In this document: positions 39,755 through 48,340 of the stretch, in pieces | How the letters are laid out: every line of letters begins with the position of its first letter | Numbering within the stretch: the first letter of the stretch is position 1 | Assembly: GCA_902792295.1 (NCBI GenBank) | Contig: CADAZC010000021.1 | Coordinates: 1 to 54,430, forward strand | Length of the DNA stretch: 54,430 bases | Reading direction: 5' to 3' | From: an uncultured Eubacteriales bacterium | GTDB taxonomy: Bacteria; Bacillota; Clostridia; Christensenellales; CAG-138 | Translations under genes and position numbers: made by a program | The notes under the pieces: model-generated | The model's database searches: none | The model's input: the letters and a program-made list of their open reading frames with translations, nothing else | Told to the model about the DNA's origin: nothing

Positions 39755-40741
39755 ATGACCGAGAAAGAGCTTTACAATCGCACAAACGCAAAGACGCTGT
39801 CCGGCGCATACCTTCTGGAGGGCACGGAGGAGCTTTTGAAGCAGCAGGCGATCGACCGGATCACGGCGCTTCTGGACCCCGGCTTTACGGACCTGAACCT
39901 CAAGCGGCTGAAGGAGCCGGACGTCTCCGCCGTGCTCGACGCCGTGCATGCCGTGCCGGTGTTCGACGCGCTGTGCGTCACGGTGTTTACCGAGTTCGAC
40001 GACGCGGAGCTCTTTGACGCGCTTGAACAGCGCAAGGCGACGGACGCGCTGTTCCGTCCGGAGGACGGCATCGTGCTGTTCGTGCGCCGCGGAAAAGGAA
40101 AGGAAACGCCGTTTTCGAAGCTCTTTTCGGAAAAGGACCGGCTGGTGTCGTTCGACGCGCTCACGGAGGATCGCGCGCAGAACATGGTTTCGATCCTGTG
40201 TGCGCGGCGCGGGGTGCGGCTTGACCGGCCGGAGGCGTACGAGCTGGTGAACATGGTCGGCACCGACGCGTACCGGCTCGAAAACGAGGTGTCGAAGCTT
40301 TGCGATTACGTCGGAAACGGCGGTGCGATCACGCGGGACGTACTGCGATTCATCGTCACGCCGTCGGTCGAATACGAGGTTTTTCCGATGCTGAACGCGC
40401 TGCTTGCGGGGAATAAAAAGACCGCGATGCGTATGCTGACCGAAGCGATCAAGGACGGCAAGGAAAACCCGCTGCGCGTCGCGTCATTCCTCGAAGGACG
40501 TTTGAAGCAAATGCTGATCGCCAAAGAACTGCTCGAAGACAAGCGTCCGCGTCCGGAGATTCTGAAGACGCTCGGCGGCAGTCCGAAGGCGGCGGAAATG
40601 ACGATCAAAAACGCGCAGAAGTTTCCGCTGGACCGGCTGAAAAACGCCGTCGCCGCTTTTGCGGAGATCAACGCCCGCATGAAGCAGGGGCTTCTGAACG
40701 AAGCCGACGCGCTGATCCTCGCGATCTACAGAAGCTTTTGA
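39755..40741 (+). CDS. holA: DNA polymerase III delta subunit
   Basis: YLLEGTEE, VGTD...LENEVSKL, MKQG near C-terminus; 328 aa. Confidence 0.88.
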   Translation: MTEKELYNRTNAKTLSGAYLLEGTEELLKQQAIDRITALLDPGFTDLNLKRLKEPDVSAVLDAVHAVPVFDALCVTVFTEFDDAELFDALEQRKATDALFRPEDGIVLFVRRGKGKETPFSKLFSEKDRLVSFDALTEDRAQNMVSILCARRGVRLDRPEAYELVNMVGTDAYRLENEVSKLCDYVGNGGAITRDVLRFIVTPSVEYEVFPMLNALLAGNKKTAMRMLTEAIKDGKENPLRVASFLEGRLKQMLIAKELLEDKRPRPEILKTLGGSPKAAEMTIKNAQKFPLDRLKNAVAAFAEINARMKQGLLNEADALILAIYRSF

Positions 40742-40743
40742 AC

Positions 40744-40778
40744 AAAAAAAGAGGAGATCGATCCGATCTCCTCTTTTT
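40744..40778. terminator. Bidirectional terminator
   Basis: aaaaagaggagatcg/cgatctcctcttttt inverted repeat. Confidence 0.8.
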
Positions 40779-40786
40779 GTCTGTCT

Positions 40787-42280
40787 TCAGATAAGCCCGT
40801 ACAGCGTCGTATACTTTTCGGTCAGGTAATCCGTGTAATACGTCGGGTCGAACGGCGCGCCGAACGCTTCCTCCATCAGCTTGCCCGGCTCCTTCATGCA
40901 GCCGAAGCGATAGATATGCTCGGTCAGCCAGTCCACGATTGGTTTGAGATTGCCTTTTTTCACGTTGCCCCAGACGTCGATCTCCTGCTCCATGCGCTTG
41001 ATGAGCTGCGCGCCGTATGCGCTGCCGAGTGCGTAGGAGGGGAAGTAACCGAACAGTCCGCTTGCCCAATGCGAGTCCTGCAGAACGCCGCGGCGGTCGT
41101 CGGGAACGTCGACGCCGAGGTATTCTTTATAGAGCCGGTTCCACTCTTTCGGGAGGTCCTTCGGCTCGAGATCGCCGTTAAAGAGCCGCTTTTCGAGCTC
41201 GTAGCGGATCATCACGTGCAGCGAATAGGTCAGTTCGTCCGCCTCGGTGCGGATGAGCGACGGTTCCGCCTTGTTGACCGCCACATAGAATTCGTGCGCC
41301 GTGACGCCGGAGAGCTGCTCGGGGAAGATCTCCCGCATCTTCGGGAAGATCGCCTCGATGAACGGCTCGCTTCTGCCGATGATGTTCTCGAAGAAGCGCG
41401 ACTGGCTTTCATGCACGCTCATCGAAACGCCGCAGCCGATCGGAAGCCGCGCGATCTCATCGGCAATGTTGCGCTCATAGGTCGCGTGTCCGCCCTCATG
41501 GATGACGCTGTACATCGATGCCTCCACCGCATCCTCATGGTAGTGCGTGGTGATGCGCACGTCGTATTTCGTGAACTCCGTGGTGAACGGGTGTTCGGTT
41601 TCGCCGATGATGCAGTGGTTTTTGTCGAGCCCCAGAACGTCCATCAGGTAGTCCGAAAACACGCGCTGATCGGCGACCGGATAGTGCCGGTGCAGAAAAT
41701 CGACGTTCGGCTGATCTTTGATCTTCGCGATCACGGGCACGAGCCGTTCGCGCACGGTTTTGAAGAACCGGTCGAGCGTTTCGGTGTTCAGCCCTTTTTC
41801 GTACGCGTCGAGCATCGTGTCGTAGACCGGCGCGTCGGGTTTGTAATACTTTGCGAACCGCTTGTTCGCCGCGACCAGTTTTTCGAGATGCGGCAGGAAC
41901 ATCGGGAAATCGCTCTTGAGCTTCGCTTCGTGCCATACCTGGTCGGCGGTCGTCTGGTCGATCGTGTACTGCACATACTCGTCCTTCGGGATGCAGGCGA
42001 TGCGTGCGCGCTCCTCCATGGCAAGCTCCGCGGTGCGGACAATGACGGGATCGACCTCGCTGCGGTGTTCGAGGATTTCCCGCTGCATCGCTTCGGTCTC
42101 GGGCGAGGTAACCATATCGTACATCACTTCGGAGAGAACGCCGAACGTGTCGCCGACGATCGGGCCCGCGCCTTTCGGCATCACGGTGTTCATGTCGTAG
42201 CTCATCAGCCCCATCGCGTGCTCATAGGCGCGGAGCTTTTCAAGGTATGCGCGATAGCGTTCAACGGTTTCCTGGATCAT
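40787..42280 (-). CDS. Carboxypeptidase, M32 (Taq) family
   Basis: HPF, DVRITT, HEGGH, HESQSRF, IRTEADELTY, QDSHW, YFPSY. Confidence 0.95.
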   Translation of the reverse strand: MIQETVERYRAYLEKLRAYEHAMGLMSYDMNTVMPKGAGPIVGDTFGVLSEVMYDMVTSPETEAMQREILEHRSEVDPVIVRTAELAMEERARIACIPKDEYVQYTIDQTTADQVWHEAKLKSDFPMFLPHLEKLVAANKRFAKYYKPDAPVYDTMLDAYEKGLNTETLDRFFKTVRERLVPVIAKIKDQPNVDFLHRHYPVADQRVFSDYLMDVLGLDKNHCIIGETEHPFTTEFTKYDVRITTHYHEDAVEASMYSVIHEGGHATYERNIADEIARLPIGCGVSMSVHESQSRFFENIIGRSEPFIEAIFPKMREIFPEQLSGVTAHEFYVAVNKAEPSLIRTEADELTYSLHVMIRYELEKRLFNGDLEPKDLPKEWNRLYKEYLGVDVPDDRRGVLQDSHWASGLFGYFPSYALGSAYGAQLIKRMEQEIDVWGNVKKGNLKPIVDWLTEHIYRFGCMKEPGKLMEEAFGAPFDPTYYTDYLTEKYTTLYGLI

Positions 42281-42330
42281 AGGTTAACTCCTTTCGGGTT
42301 TGTCGTTTTCGGTGTTGTCCGGGGCTCCGG

Positions 42331-42699
42331 CTAAACGGTCGATGCGGCTTCCTTGCCGGATGCCGTCGCCGCCTTCACGGAAAGCTTCGTTTCGCCTGTG
42401 CCGTGCGCGATCACGAACAGCGTGCCGTCGTCCGAAAGGATCGCTTCCGCAACGGCGGGATCGGTGCTCGACGCGGAGAAGGTCAGCGCGTCGCCGGAGC
42501 GCGCGGAAAATCCCGCGGTGTAGGCGGGCAGCGCTTTTGTCACGTCGTCGCGCGTGCCGAGCGGCAGCGTCAGCTTGACGTCGATTGTTTCCGGCACGGA
42601 GACGGCGGGCGTTTCCTCCGGTTCGGATGCGGGTGCTTTTGCGCAGGCGAGCGTCAAAAGCAGCAGGCACGCCGCAAGAATCAGCAATAATCGTTTCAT
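42331..42699 (-). CDS. Lipoprotein with an Ig-like (Big_2-type) domain, possibly truncated
   Basis: Lipobox LTLAC; FSASSTDPAVA....DGTL.V...GTGET.L.V pattern. Confidence 0.65.
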   Translation of the reverse strand: MKRLLLILAACLLLLTLACAKAPASEPEETPAVSVPETIDVKLTLPLGTRDDVTKALPAYTAGFSARSGDALTFSASSTDPAVAEAILSDDGTLFVIAHGTGETKLSVKAATASGKEAASTV

Positions 42700-42710
42700 A
42701 TCGGTTCCTT

Positions 42711-44339
42711 TCATTCGCCGAGCAGCCGACCGAAGATATCCTCCAGGGTGAAGCCGCCGGCAGTCCAATCGTCCCATCCGTTCGATCCGCCGAACAGATC
42801 GAACCAGTCTCCCCAGTCATAGCCGCCGGAATAGTCCCCCCAACCGCTCCAGCCGCCGAAATCGAAGAAGCCGGTCTCGGTCTCAACGGAGACGAACTTC
42901 CTGAGCCAGGCAACGTAATCCGCGTCGATGCCCGCGTTCAGGAACACGCGTCGAAGCTCGCTGTATAGGTCGGCGTCGCCGTAGGGCAGCGTCACCGACA
43001 GTCCGGACAGCGTCGTTTCGTCCTTCGTTGCGCCGAAGTATGCGATCGCTTGATTCAGCGCGGCGCGCAGCGCGTCGGACGCGCCGGAGGGGATGTTTTC
43101 GGCAAGCGACAGGATGTCGGTGATGCAGTAATCGTCGAGCGTGGCGTCGTTTCCGTTCGTCCACGCGCCGACCGTCCGCGGATGCGCGCGGCCGGTCGAC
43201 TGCCGCAGCTGGCTGTAATTCGCGGCGAGCAGCGTCGCTTCATTCTCATACGCGAACTCCGCCCATGCGGGATAGAGCAGGGCAACGTACGCCTCGTCGA
43301 TCAGGGCAAGCGTCAGCCCGCCGTCGGTCCGGCTGTTTCGTTCCGCCGCCTTCACGGACGCGTCGATCGCGGTTTTCGCAAGCGCCTGCGTCGGGATCGC
43401 GGGATCCTTTGCAAGCGCGGTCAGCCATTCGCTGTGCGACCACCCGCACGACGGCTCAAAGTCCTCGGAAAGGAGGGTGTAATCGCAGTAATCATACAGC
43501 GCGCAGCAGACCTCGAGCGACGACATGAGACAGCAGTCCATGCCGATGAGATCGAAATACACGCCGCCGTCTCTCAACGCCAGCTGCATTTCGTCGATGG
43601 TCAGCGCCGCCGTGTACGGCTGAAGCTCGTCGTAGCCGAAGCCGTAGACCGGACCGCCGCCGTGGTCCCACAGAAGCAGGATATAGCGGTCGGCGGGGAA
43701 GTTCTGTTCGCCCCAGCGGATGAAATCGGAAAGTGTCGAAGGGTCGGTCGTGTCGAGCTGCCCGAGCGAATCGTCAACGAGCGTCAGCCCTTTGTTCGTT
43801 ACGCGGTACCGCTCGGCGCGGCGCGAGGAAATGCCGAAATACGGGTCCCATTTCCGCGTGCCGACGGTCTCCACAAGGATGTTGACGCGATCGCTCTTTT
43901 CGGCGCGGACCATTTCCCGGAGGTCTTCGGTCGCCTCCTGATATTCGGATTCAAGGTCCGAGCCGTTCATCAGCACGAGGACCGTCACGGTGTCCGTGCC
44001 GTCGTTTTTGAGCTGCACCTTCTTTTCACGGACCCACGCCGCGGGATTCACGACCTCGGCGGACTGCTGTCCGTCCCAGTCGAGCGGAGAAACGGCGCCG
44101 CTCGGTTCGGTCGGTTCGGGCGTCACGGGCGCTTCGGTCGGCGTCGCTGCGGGCGTATCGAAGACGACCGGTTCGTCGATATCCGGCAGCAGATCGTTCG
44201 CGCAGCCGTCCGGCTTAAAGCATGCGCCGACGGTGCAGAAGCAGGTGCAAAGCGAACCGAAAAGCGCGACGATCACGACGATCGCAACGATCGCCAGGAT
44301 CAGCCCCGCAAGCTTTCCGTTTTTGTTTCCCTGCTCCAT
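42711..44339 (-). CDS. Clostripain-like (peptidase C11) membrane-anchored cysteine protease
   Basis: MNGSDLES, LLWDHGGG (catalytic His), MDCCLM (catalytic Cys), SEDFEP; N-terminal TM; TTGCAA-17-TATGAT promoter. Confidence 0.88.
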   Translation of the reverse strand: MEQGNKNGKLAGLILAIVAIVVIVALFGSLCTCFCTVGACFKPDGCANDLLPDIDEPVVFDTPAATPTEAPVTPEPTEPSGAVSPLDWDGQQSAEVVNPAAWVREKKVQLKNDGTDTVTVLVLMNGSDLESEYQEATEDLREMVRAEKSDRVNILVETVGTRKWDPYFGISSRRAERYRVTNKGLTLVDDSLGQLDTTDPSTLSDFIRWGEQNFPADRYILLLWDHGGGPVYGFGYDELQPYTAALTIDEMQLALRDGGVYFDLIGMDCCLMSSLEVCCALYDYCDYTLLSEDFEPSCGWSHSEWLTALAKDPAIPTQALAKTAIDASVKAAERNSRTDGGLTLALIDEAYVALLYPAWAEFAYENEATLLAANYSQLRQSTGRAHPRTVGAWTNGNDATLDDYCITDILSLAENIPSGASDALRAALNQAIAYFGATKDETTLSGLSVTLPYGDADLYSELRRVFLNAGIDADYVAWLRKFVSVETETGFFDFGGWSGWGDYSGGYDWGDWFDLFGGSNGWDDWTAGGFTLEDIFGRLLGE

Positions 44340-44394
44340 GGATTTGCTCCCTTCTTCAAATCAGTATCATACCATAACCGGCGGCGGATTGCAA

Positions 44395-44910
44395 TCAACG
44401 CCGTCCGAACAGCCGGCAGAACGGCACGCGCAGCATCCGGCGCCCGATCCCGACCGCGTACGGGTCGCGGCCGGTCTTTCGATACGTCTCGCGGATGCCG
44501 AAAAAGTACCGGAACGCAAGCCGCTGGCTGAGCTTGTATACGTCCGTCGTATCGATCTCGATCGAGCGGCAGGCGCGGTCGAGGATCGTTTTCGGAAACA
44601 GCAGCGTCGAAACGTGCCGCACATGCCGGAGCCCCTTCACGCAAAGATATGCGTTCAGATGATATTTGATCTCAAACGTCATGCAGCGCTCGGAAAAGAG
44701 GAACGCCTCCGAAAACCGCGCTTTGTACGCCTCCGAAAGCGCTTCGGAAAGAAACGCGCACAGCGGTTTCGAGCCGGTTTCACGGCAAAGCGCCGCCCAT
44801 CCCGCGGGATCCTTCGAGAGGTCGATCCGGAATCCCTCCGGGAGGATCTCCGTGCAGGAAAAGAGCAGTGCTTTTGCGGTGTTCCGTTCTTGTTCCGTCA
44901 GCGGTTTCAT
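44395..44910 (-). CDS. Hypothetical protein (171 aa)
   Basis: ORF fills the gap between genes and has a SigA promoter directly before the ATG; no family recognised. Confidence 0.65.
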   Translation of the reverse strand: MKPLTEQERNTAKALLFSCTEILPEGFRIDLSKDPAGWAALCRETGSKPLCAFLSEALSEAYKARFSEAFLFSERCMTFEIKYHLNAYLCVKGLRHVRHVSTLLFPKTILDRACRSIEIDTTDVYKLSQRLAFRYFFGIRETYRKTGRDPYAVGIGRRMLRVPFCRLFGRR

Positions 44911-44986
44911 ACCGTTATGGTAGCATATTCCGCGCTTTTTCGCAACAAAAAAACGGCTCCGGAGAGCCGCTTTTCGTTCGTTTTGA

Positions 44987-45157
44987 TTATTCCGCTTTCG
45001 GTGCGCCCATCGGGCAAACCTCTGCGCAGTTGCCGCACTCGATGCACAGATCGGGGTTGATTTCGTACTTGCCGTCGCCCTCGGAAATTGCTTCTACCGG
45101 GCACTCTGCCGCACATGCGCCGCAGGAAATGCATTCATCCGTAATTTTGTATGCCAT
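44987..45157 (-). CDS. fdx: 2[4Fe-4S] clostridial-type ferredoxin (56 aa; absent from the ORF track)
   Basis: MAYKITDECISCGACAAECPVEAISEGDGKYEINPDLCIECGNCAEVCPMGAPKAE; SD gaggagga; TTGCAA-17-TATAAT promoter. Confidence 0.96.
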   Translation of the reverse strand: MAYKITDECISCGACAAECPVEAISEGDGKYEINPDLCIECGNCAEVCPMGAPKAE

Positions 45158-45343
45158 TGTTTGATCCTCCTCAATTAGATTCCATCCTCATTATAACAAA
45201 TGTTTTTGATTTTGCAACCGTTTTTTTGCAACCTTTTTGCGAAGATTTCCGAACGAATCGTGCCGCTTTTCTTCGACCTTTGTCCGGTGCCTTTCTTTCG
45301 ACATGCGCCGCGGCGTATGCTGTCGGTCGGAAAGGAGGCGCAT

Positions 45344-46162
45344 ATGCTGTATTCGTTTCAGGAAGGTCTTTTGAACATGCCGCCGAAGCGGGATCCGGAC
45401 CGCCGGCTTCTGCTTCTGCCCGTCGAGGAGATCAAAACCGTGCCGAACCGGCTTCGAAAGAACATCGACCGCGCGGCTCTGTCCGAGCTTATGATCAGCA
45501 TCGCGCAGATCGGACTCATTCAGCCGATCGTGGTGCGGAAGCTCCCGGAGGGCTACGAGCTGATCGCGGGCGAACGGCGGCTTCGCGCCTGCAAGCTTCT
45601 CGGACACAGGGAGATCCCGTGCATCGTCGTGCAGGCGGGGGAGGAGCGGTGCGCCGTGATGGCGTTAAGTGAAAACCTCCAGCGTCGTCCGCTGCATTTT
45701 CTGGAGGAGGCGGAGCGGCTAAACGCGCTTCTGAACGGCGGTGCGATGACGGAGGAAAAGCTCTCGACGCTGCTCGGCAAGAACGATCCGTACCTTGAAA
45801 ACCGTCTGCGGCTCATAAAGCTCCCGAAGGAAACGTGCGCGCGCCTGCGTGCCGGCGGGCTGTCCGAGCGCCACGCCCGCGCGCTGCTGCGGCTCAGCGA
45901 TACCGAGCGGCAGCAGCAGGCGCTGGACCTCATCGAGCGGCGGAAGATGACCGGTCCCGCGGCGGAACGGCTCGTCGATTCGCTGACGAAAACGCCCGGC
46001 GCGGCGCCGATGCGCATCCTGCGCTTTTCACGGGACTGCCGTCTGTTTGTGAACAGCGTCAAGGACTGCATCGACCAGCTCGAGGGTTCCGGCGTGACCG
46101 CCGATCTCATCGAAACCCGCCGCGACGACGGCGTGGACCTTCTGATCCGCGTCAGAACATAA
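45344..46162 (+). CDS. ParB/Noc family CTPase
   Basis: GLIQPIVVR, IAGERRLRA, ENLQR, LSERHARALL; Noc-like C-terminal D.RLFVNSV. Confidence 0.85.
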   Translation: MLYSFQEGLLNMPPKRDPDRRLLLLPVEEIKTVPNRLRKNIDRAALSELMISIAQIGLIQPIVVRKLPEGYELIAGERRLRACKLLGHREIPCIVVQAGEERCAVMALSENLQRRPLHFLEEAERLNALLNGGAMTEEKLSTLLGKNDPYLENRLRLIKLPKETCARLRAGGLSERHARALLRLSDTERQQQALDLIERRKMTGPAAERLVDSLTKTPGAAPMRILRFSRDCRLFVNSVKDCIDQLEGSGVTADLIETRRDDGVDLLIRVRT

Positions 46163-46202
46163 AAAAGCCCGGCGAAGAACACCGGGCGCACAGCCGTTTT
46201 CG

Positions 46203-47162
46203 TTATTTCATCCGGAACACGAGCGCGTGTTCGTCGAGCACGTCGCTTGCGGGAAGATACAGCCGCGTCGCGTCTTTGACAAGGCGGTAGTTGCAGAGGA
46301 TCAGCAGCACGCCGTCGTAGCCCTTCGGGACCAGCACGCCCTCCTCCCAGGTAAAGCGCAGTTCGCGGTCGTACCAGTCGTTTTCGAACGTTTCGCCCGC
46401 CTTTTGCCAGCATTTCACGCGCGTTCCGTACCAGTCCGCGGCAAACGTGCGGAAGCCCTCTTCGTCCTCGCGGGCGGACATTGCGTCGTCGACGATGTAG
46501 TAATCGCCGTAGGTCCACGCCGCCTGCGCGCCGTTCTTTTTCGCGTCGTCGCCCGAAAACACCAGACGGATCTTCACGATGTGCCATTCATAACCCTCGC
46601 GGGCGGGAAAGATCCCGTCGCCTTCGATCACGCGGTAGTCCGCGATCTCCGCGGTGCCGGTCACGTCGAGGTCGCTGTCCTCGTAGGATGCGGTCGTATA
46701 CGGCACGGGCACGCCGACTTCCATTTCGTTCGGTGTTTTTCCCGCAAGCGCGGGCGGCAGCGGTTCGCCCTCTGTAAAGCCGCAGCGCGTGCACGTCGCG
46801 GGCGTCTGATAGGTGGCGTCCTTCATTGTGTGTCCGAGCGGTTCGCCGTGCGGTTCGCCGCAGCGGGCGCAGATCTCGGGTTCGGTGCAGGTCGCGGGAA
46901 GATAAACGTGTCCGAGCGGCTCCTTGTGCAGTTCGCCGCAGCGCACGCACACCGACGGTTCGGTGCAGGTCTCGGTGCTGTAAACGTGTCCCAGCGGTTC
47001 GCCGCGCGTTTCGCCGCAGCGCGAACAGATCTCGGGCTCGGTGCACGTCGCCGCCGAGAACTCGTGGTTTTTAAAGAAGCAGGTCGTATAGATCAGGATC
47101 AGCACCGCGCCGATCGCCGCCGTGCCGACTGCAACGCCGACCCACAAAAGAATCCGTTTCAT
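46203..47162 (-). CDS. Membrane-anchored protein with four 26-aa His/Cys repeats
   Basis: N-terminal TM; H....xTCTEP..C.RCG...GEPLG repeats at ~46755-47066. Confidence 0.8.
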   Translation of the reverse strand: MKRILLWVGVAVGTAAIGAVLILIYTTCFFKNHEFSAATCTEPEICSRCGETRGEPLGHVYSTETCTEPSVCVRCGELHKEPLGHVYLPATCTEPEICARCGEPHGEPLGHTMKDATYQTPATCTRCGFTEGEPLPPALAGKTPNEMEVGVPVPYTTASYEDSDLDVTGTAEIADYRVIEGDGIFPAREGYEWHIVKIRLVFSGDDAKKNGAQAAWTYGDYYIVDDAMSAREDEEGFRTFAADWYGTRVKCWQKAGETFENDWYDRELRFTWEEGVLVPKGYDGVLLILCNYRLVKDATRLYLPASDVLDEHALVFRMK

Positions 47163-47316
47163 GCGCTTTGCTCCCTTCTTCCCGCAATGCCTGTTTAGTG
47201 TATCATACGCATCTGCGGATTGCAAGTATACATCGCCGTCCGCAATTCGCGCGTATTCGTGCCGAAAACAAAAAACTCCCGGAACGGGAGCAGGAAACCG
47301 GCCGGTTGAAAGCGCT

Positions 47317-48138
47317 TCAGCGGACCGAATGGAACAGGATCACGGCAAAGAACGCGACCGGAAGGGCGAAGCAGAAGCTGTCGATGCGATCGATGAAACC
47401 GCCGTGCCCCGGCAGCAGATCGGAGAAGTCCTTGATGCCCGCCTGCCGCTTGATCATGGAGGCGCACAGATCGCCGAACTGTCCCGCGATCGTGCAGAAG
47501 AACGACGTGACGAGGTACACATACCACGGGATCGGCGCGACGTCCTTAAGGATCACCCACGCGAGCAGTCCCAATGCGGAGCCGAGCAGCGAGCCGGAGA
47601 CTGCGCCCTCGACCGTCTTATGCGGACTGATCGACGGGCAGAGCTTGTGACGGCCGAACGCGCGTCCGAAAAAGTACGCGAACATATCGCAGCCCGCCGC
47701 GGCAAACAGCGTGATCAGAAGCACGGGGTAGAAGACCGCGTCCGACTGCACGGAAAGGTATGCGTAGCCGAGGATGAACAGCGTCGGATACAGACAGACG
47801 ATGCAGGAGCCGAGCACGTCGCGCATGGAGGTCTTTTTGAACAACGCGCCCAGCAGCGCGAGCATGATCACGATACCGCCCGCGGTGATATAGAACGCGG
47901 TTTCGTCTTTACAATAAAACAGCACGCACAGGACAAGCGCAAGCACGCGCGCGATCCACGGCGAGGTCACAAAGCCCATGCGGTTCAATGCGTCGGACAT
48001 CTCTCGCGCGCAGAACCAGACCACGGCATAGAAGAAGCAGAGCCGCGTAACGGGTCCGAGGAGGACGCATGCGGCAAGGCATGAAAGCAGCGCAACGCCG
48101 GTGATCACACGAACGAGCGTGTCGCTTTTCCGTTTCAT
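47317..48138 (-). CDS. cdsA: Phosphatidate cytidylyltransferase
   Basis: DMFAYFFG, SPHKTVEG, GDL..SMIKR..GIKD, PGHGG.IDRIDS. Confidence 0.95.
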   Translation of the reverse strand: MKRKSDTLVRVITGVALLSCLAACVLLGPVTRLCFFYAVVWFCAREMSDALNRMGFVTSPWIARVLALVLCVLFYCKDETAFYITAGGIVIMLALLGALFKKTSMRDVLGSCIVCLYPTLFILGYAYLSVQSDAVFYPVLLITLFAAAGCDMFAYFFGRAFGRHKLCPSISPHKTVEGAVSGSLLGSALGLLAWVILKDVAPIPWYVYLVTSFFCTIAGQFGDLCASMIKRQAGIKDFSDLLPGHGGFIDRIDSFCFALPVAFFAVILFHSVR

Positions 48139-48184
48139 ATCGCTTCCTCCTTTCCGTGATTGCAACAGTATAGCACGGTTTCCG

Positions 48185-48340
48185 TTATTTGTCAGCCCTT
48201 TTTTCGGAACAGGTTTTTCCGCACGCCGCGCAGTCGCCGCAGCATGCTCCGCCGCGCTTTTTCCGGCGCAGAGCAAAGAACGCCGCCGTTCCGACCGCCA
48301 ATAAAACGAGTATCAGAATGATCCAGTCGACCGGTCTCAC
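48185..48340 (-). CDS. FeoB-associated Cys-rich membrane protein
   Basis: GTG start overlapping the feoB stop; TM followed by CCGDCAAC. Confidence 0.85.
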   Translation of the reverse strand: MRPVDWIILILVLLAVGTAAFFALRRKKRGGACCGDCAACGKTCSEKRADK

